Below are positions 59,320-64,000 of a stretch of 64,000 nucleotides of DNA, in pieces. A model generated the notes under the pieces. It had not been told where the DNA came from. It did no database searches and saw nothing but the letters and a program-made list of their open reading frames with translations. This DNA comes from Emiliania huxleyi CCMP1516 (lineage: Eukaryota). The stretch is from assembly GCF_000372725.1 (NCBI RefSeq), contig NW_005201269.1:248001-312000 (forward strand), given 5' to 3'. A program made the position numbers and the translations under genes. The stretch's first letter is position 1. Each line of letters begins with the position of its first letter.

Positions 59320-60227
59320 GATGTAGAGTGTAGAGCGCTGTAGAGCTGTAGAGATGTAGAGCGCTCTGGAGCGCTGTAGAGCAATGTAGAGTTGTAGAGC
59401 TCTACATCCGCCGCGTGACGAGGCGGGTGCGTAGAGCGATGTAGAGGCGCTCTACAACGTGAAATCTCTACAACAAACTCTACATCATAAGCGGCGAACG
59501 AGGCACGGTCGCTCTCCGGCATGAGGCGCGTTGCACTTGCCAGTGCTGCCCTGGCCTTCTGTCTGCCCGCCCAATGGGTGGGAGGTGCCTCTGCTGCTGT
59601 GGCATGCCTCACGGCTGCGACTGGCCGGCGCCTCGGCGCGTCAGCTCGGGCTCGGCGTAGTGATAGTGGCCAGCGCAACTCGCCTGGACTCAACGCTCAG
59701 CCAGGAGCTCCCGCACGCGCTGGCGCGAGTCATGGCGCATGCAACGCGTCTGAATGCTCGCCTCGCCTCGCGCAAATGCGACCGTCCTCGCAGCCGATAG
59801 TCCACCGCCTGCTAAAGAAGCACAGCGACGAATGCGGCACCGGCGACGCATGGCAGGCTGGTCATGATGCAGTCATAGGGTGTTGTGTGCCGTCAGAGTG
59901 ACTCTCTGTGTGTTAGGGATAGTCAGGGCCGTCCATCAGAGCTCTAGTAAGCTCGGACACACCCCATTAGTGCGACTCGACCTCTTTGAGTCACTGCCTT
60001 CCCGGCGGGTTGGCTGTAGAGCCTCTACAACAAACTCTACAGCAAAATCGCGCTCTACATCGCTCTACAACGCACCCGCCTCGTCACGCGGCGGATGTAG
60101 AGCTCTACAGCTCTCTCTACAGCGCTCCAGAGTGCTCTACATCTCTACATACAGCTCTCAGCGCTCTACAGCGCTCTCCAGCGCTCTACATCTCTACAGC
60201 TCTACAGCGCTCTACACTCTACATCCT
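59318..60227. mobile_element. Foldback/MITE-like element with long modular inverted repeats built of GTAGAG/CTCTAC units
   Basis: The left end AGGATGTAGAGTGTAGAGCGCTGTAGAGCTGTAGAGATGTAGAGCGCT is the reverse complement of 60180-60227. An internal CATCCGCCGCGTGACGAGGCGGGTGCG is also mirrored. Confidence 0.8.
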
Positions 60228-60659
60228 CTACTCGAGTACACCCTCCCTCAGATTGCGCGGCGCGGCCCGAGATCGCGCACCTCGGCACTCGGCGAGGACC
60301 GAGGTGGATGGGTTGGGAGCGAGGGGGCGGAAGTGATCAGTGCGGTAGATCGGTCAGCTCGGGGCGCGTGAGCCGGACTTGTGAGCCGGACGGCTTTCAT
60401 TTCTCTCTGCGTTCTTGCACATGGAGTGCAAGATACTCGTTCTGTTGCCATCCCAAACAAACTGTCACTCCCCTTTCTCCCGGCCGGGGTGGGGCGCGCG
60501 CGGGGGCGGCGGGTGTGCGGGATGTCTGTGGGCCCGAGAGCGATTGTTCTATAACATACATAGGAGAAAAGAAATCTTCTCTCGTGTGCACAGCGGCAGC
60601 GAACCCCGCCTCGCTGATTGTGCCTCCGGTCTACAGTCGGACGAGCCCCGCCACGCCGA

Positions 60660-62521
60660 ATGCTCTCCCGACGTGTCGCACAGACCAACTTTGATCCCGG
60701 CCGTGGCGACGCTCTGCGCGCCTGCGTCGCCAGCTTGCTCGACTTGCCTCTCGCCCAGACGCCAGACTTTCTGAACGCCGCGGGAGGCGACTACTGGCGG
60801 TCGATGGTGTCGCACGGCGCCGCGCTCGGCCTCGCACCAATCAAGGTCGCGCTCGGCGCCGACGGCAAGCTGCCGAGCCCGTCCGTCGAGGGCGGCCTCT
60901 GCATTTTACGCGGCACGTCGCCCCGTGGCGCGCACGGGCACGTCATCGTCGCCGCCGTCGGCCGTGATGGTCTGCGAGAGCTGGCCGTGGCAGGGATCGC
61001 CACAGCGTCCGCTGACGCGTCGGCGTCTCGGCTGCAGGCGTCACTCTCGATCCCGTCCACGACCCGCACCCCTCCGGACACATGCTCCTCCCGCCGTACA
61101 CCTGGGCCGCCTTTTACGCATCGCCCTGCCCCGCCGCCGCCCGCTCGGCGGCGACCGCCGCCACGAGCAGCATCGCCGCCGGCAGCGCCGCCAGCAGCGG
61201 CAGCGGCGCCGAGGCGAGCGGCAGCGGCGGGGCGGCCGCCACCATCCTCTCGCGGCTCGCTCCGGCGCTCTGCGCGGCCGGATTCGAGGTGCAGGCGCCG
61301 CTGCTGGTCCGCTGGTACAACGAGCACCCAAAGGTGACTCCGCTCGGCGTGGCGCACCACCTCGACGCCGATGGCGACACGCTCGCGCTTCTGGTCGGCA
61401 ACTCGCGCACGCTCTGGCGCCCCTTTGTGCGGTGGGTGGGCGAGCGGCTGGCGGAGGACGAGAACTACCTCGCGCGCCACCCCGACGCTCTCGACGCATA
61501 CGCGCGCCACGCCGTCTCCACCCTCCTCCGCGCTCTCGACGGCGTGCCCGGCCTCCACGCGGCGCCGTCGGTCGTCTTCGCGGACGAGACGCTCGAGACG
61601 CACGGCCGCTGCGTCTCGGTCGCCACCGCGGCGCACGTCGCGGGCCTGGCCTTCTACGACGCCTCGCTGCAGCGCTCGCTCCACAAGGCGCTCGGCCAAT
61701 GAATTTATGTAATCAATTCTAAATCGATGTCTCAATCAATCTCGCTCCACAAGGCGCTCGGCCCGTGGATCGCGTACCGCGCGGTGATCGTCTTTTCTGG
61801 CGTCACTGCGCCGCGCTTGCCGCGGCCGCCGGAGCCGACCAACCCGCTCTCACCCGCAGAGGCGCAGCGCGTCCTCGCCATCCAGCAGGAGAAAAAAGAG
61901 ACCGCCGCCCCCGCGCACCGCGAGACTCTCGCACCCTCATCTCGCACCCTCAGACCAGCCATTGGCCTCCCCGCCCTCCCCTCGCCTCTGGAGGCCATGC
62001 CCTCCGCCCCTTCCCCCGCCGCCCCCACCTCCCCGCCCCCGCCCCTTCCCTCTCCGGGGCAGGACTGCTTTCTTCGGTGGGACGACTCGGACGAGCAGGC
62101 CAACTGGGGGCGGCTGCGCTCGATCGTCGACGCGTTTGAGATTGGGCGCGAGCACCGGTACGAGCACGAGATGATGCAGTTCCACTACGAGCCGGACGCG
62201 CACAGGCGGCTCGAGGCGCTCCGCCGTACCGCTCTCTGCGCGCGCGGCCCCGGCGACGGCGGCGCGGCGGCGCGGCGAGCCGCGCTGTCGTGTGACGCGC
62301 GGACCGGGGGCGCCGGCGGGCTGCCGGCGGGGACGCAGACAGCTGTGAGCGCCTTTGACCAGGGTCAACCGGCCGAGACGCAGACGGCAGCGGCGGAGCC
62401 GGGCCAGCAGGCACAGACGCAGACCTTCCTCGCGACGGGTGAGGAGGCGACGCAGACGGCGCTGCAGCGCACGGCCGAAGCGGGCGTCCAGCACCGCCCG
62501 GTGCTCGCGAACCAGGTGTGA
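60660..62521 (+). CDS. MMACHC/CblC-like cobalamin-processing protein with an N-terminal papain-fold-like domain
   Basis: The N-terminal domain reads GRGDALRACVASLLDL..GTSPRG..HVIV..HDPHPSG. It is followed by WYNE..LALLVGNSRTLWRPF..ATAAHVAGLAFY..LHKALGPWIAYRAVIVF. Introns are at 60970-61037, 61688-61753 and probably 61889-62062. The 3' end is uncertain. Confidence 0.75.
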
Positions 62522-64000
62522 GGGGGGGGGGGGGCAGCCGTGTCTCAATTTGTCACACGCAGGCGCCGGCGCGGACCCTCTCTGCTTTCCTTTTTTTGTT
62601 TTTTTAATATGTATCGGGGAAAAGTAATGCAGGCCAATTGTCGCTGTGATGACGAAGAGGTGGTTCTCAGACTTGAACAACAACCGGGTCTTTCCAGTGG
62701 ATCAAGGCACGAGTCCAACACGCACATTTTGTCCCGGGCGGCGAAGCGAAAACCGCCGTCGCCGTAGTGGACCCCCCACCACCAGCCCCTTGGACGTTGG
62801 AGTGTGAACAGTGAAGGCTTCGTATAGCCCTCCGGTCTACTAGAAGGTCCGCAGGACTGGAGCGAAAAAAAGCAAGCCCGGGGGGCGAGTGCGTAGGATC
62901 TTGCTAGGACGCGAGACCTTTTTAAAGAACCGAAATCTCCAGGAAATATCCCAACGCGGTACGGCTCTACCCCCCCCCCCCAAAGCCCACACTGCAAAGA
63001 AACTGTGAGACAGTCATGCTCTTTGCTTCTAGGTTCTACTCTGTGAGCGTTCGGTTCAGCGCGCCTTGCCAGGCCCTGCCTCGAGGGTGAGCATCTTCAT
63101 CAGCACCGTCTTGCCAGGCCCAGCACCTGCGGTCGTGCGGACGGGCTTGCCGGAGCGCGGAGGCGTGGCAGCGGCGGCGGGCAGCGGTGTCGCACCGCTC
63201 GGGCCCATGGTGGATGACGCTTGCTCGGATATAGAAAAGACGCCAGGCCCCCAGGGCAGCAGCAGCCTCGAGCAGGCAAGAGCTTTCGCAATACATGTAC
63301 AACTCCATGTAGAGGCTTTCATGAGCACCGCGACGACAGGTGCGACGTCGAACGCACCCCTCCACGAGCTGCAAAAGTGAGTGAGCGCGCACACACACAG
63401 TCCCGCCGAGCGCGCGACGAGCCCCCTCAAGCCTCATGCCCGTGCCCGCACCTCGCCTTTCTGACGTGACTGTCTCCTGACCATCATCTCGCGGCCCGTG
63501 TGATTCGCGCGTCTCTCAACGCATGTCAAGACAACACAGGGTACGGGATCGCCAAGCAGGTAGCGCCGCTCCTAACTATGGCCAAAGACCTCCAACGGCC
63601 AATCTGAGAACGCGTGGTCCGTGGAACCTGCCCTTTAGCGCCGACACGTGAGACGAGACCCCCTCCACCACTGCCGCACCACCCTCGCCGAGTGTCTGAT
63701 TCACAACGCTCGGCAACCGGGCATCGCCCCGGGACGTAATAGCACCTTCACAGCCGAACGATGCGAGACGCAAGTCCACCAAGCTCGGCATTCCAACGGC
63801 CAGACAGCTGGGCCAGAGCGGTATTTTGGTTTTCAAAAGTTTTTTTTGCCTGCTCCAACGCTCCTGCTCCAACGATGTGGTCGTTCAAGCGGCACGCAGC
63901 CCTGCCCGGCACAACCGGGTTAGTGGCGCACGGCACCCGCGGCGCTTCTGTGCTCGCGACGTGCCCGCTGCGCGTCGGTCGCGACCTACGCGCCGGCGCT

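Noticed and set aside
63056..63430. P-loop-like GAGPGKTVL in a short minus-strand ORF
   Set aside because: No downstream NTPase motifs are present. At best this is a decayed fragment.

Overview
GC-rich eukaryotic genomic DNA with three N-gaps. Many short introns have GC or GA donors and 10-11 bp intronic tandem repeats, which suggests a haptophyte such as Emiliania/Gephyrocapsa huxleyi (inferred, not proven). About 20 protein genes or gene remnants are present: an HPAT-like glycosyltransferase, NHP2, RPAC1/RPC40, an ShKT membrane protein, a 5'-truncated NTPDase fusion, a UBE3B/C-like HECT ligase with an antisense sulfotransferase inside it, a DUF305/CopM-like secreted protein, a PhyH dioxygenase, a sarcosine oxidase-like enzyme, ankyrin paralogues, TAF9 and an MMACHC-like fusion. 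Many non-autonomous repeats lie between them. The most notable observations are four. (1) An Introner-like ~170-190 bp element forms introns in three unrelated genes, with 9-10 bp target-site-like duplications. (2) More generally, many introns begin with a copy of the downstream exon start. (3) A myosin motor is fused to a CEP164-type WW module and a Tubby domain. (4) An intron-containing gene carries a zinc-finger array and a virus/Polinton-type Vsr endonuclease domain. All domain calls come from motif recognition by eye, without database searches.
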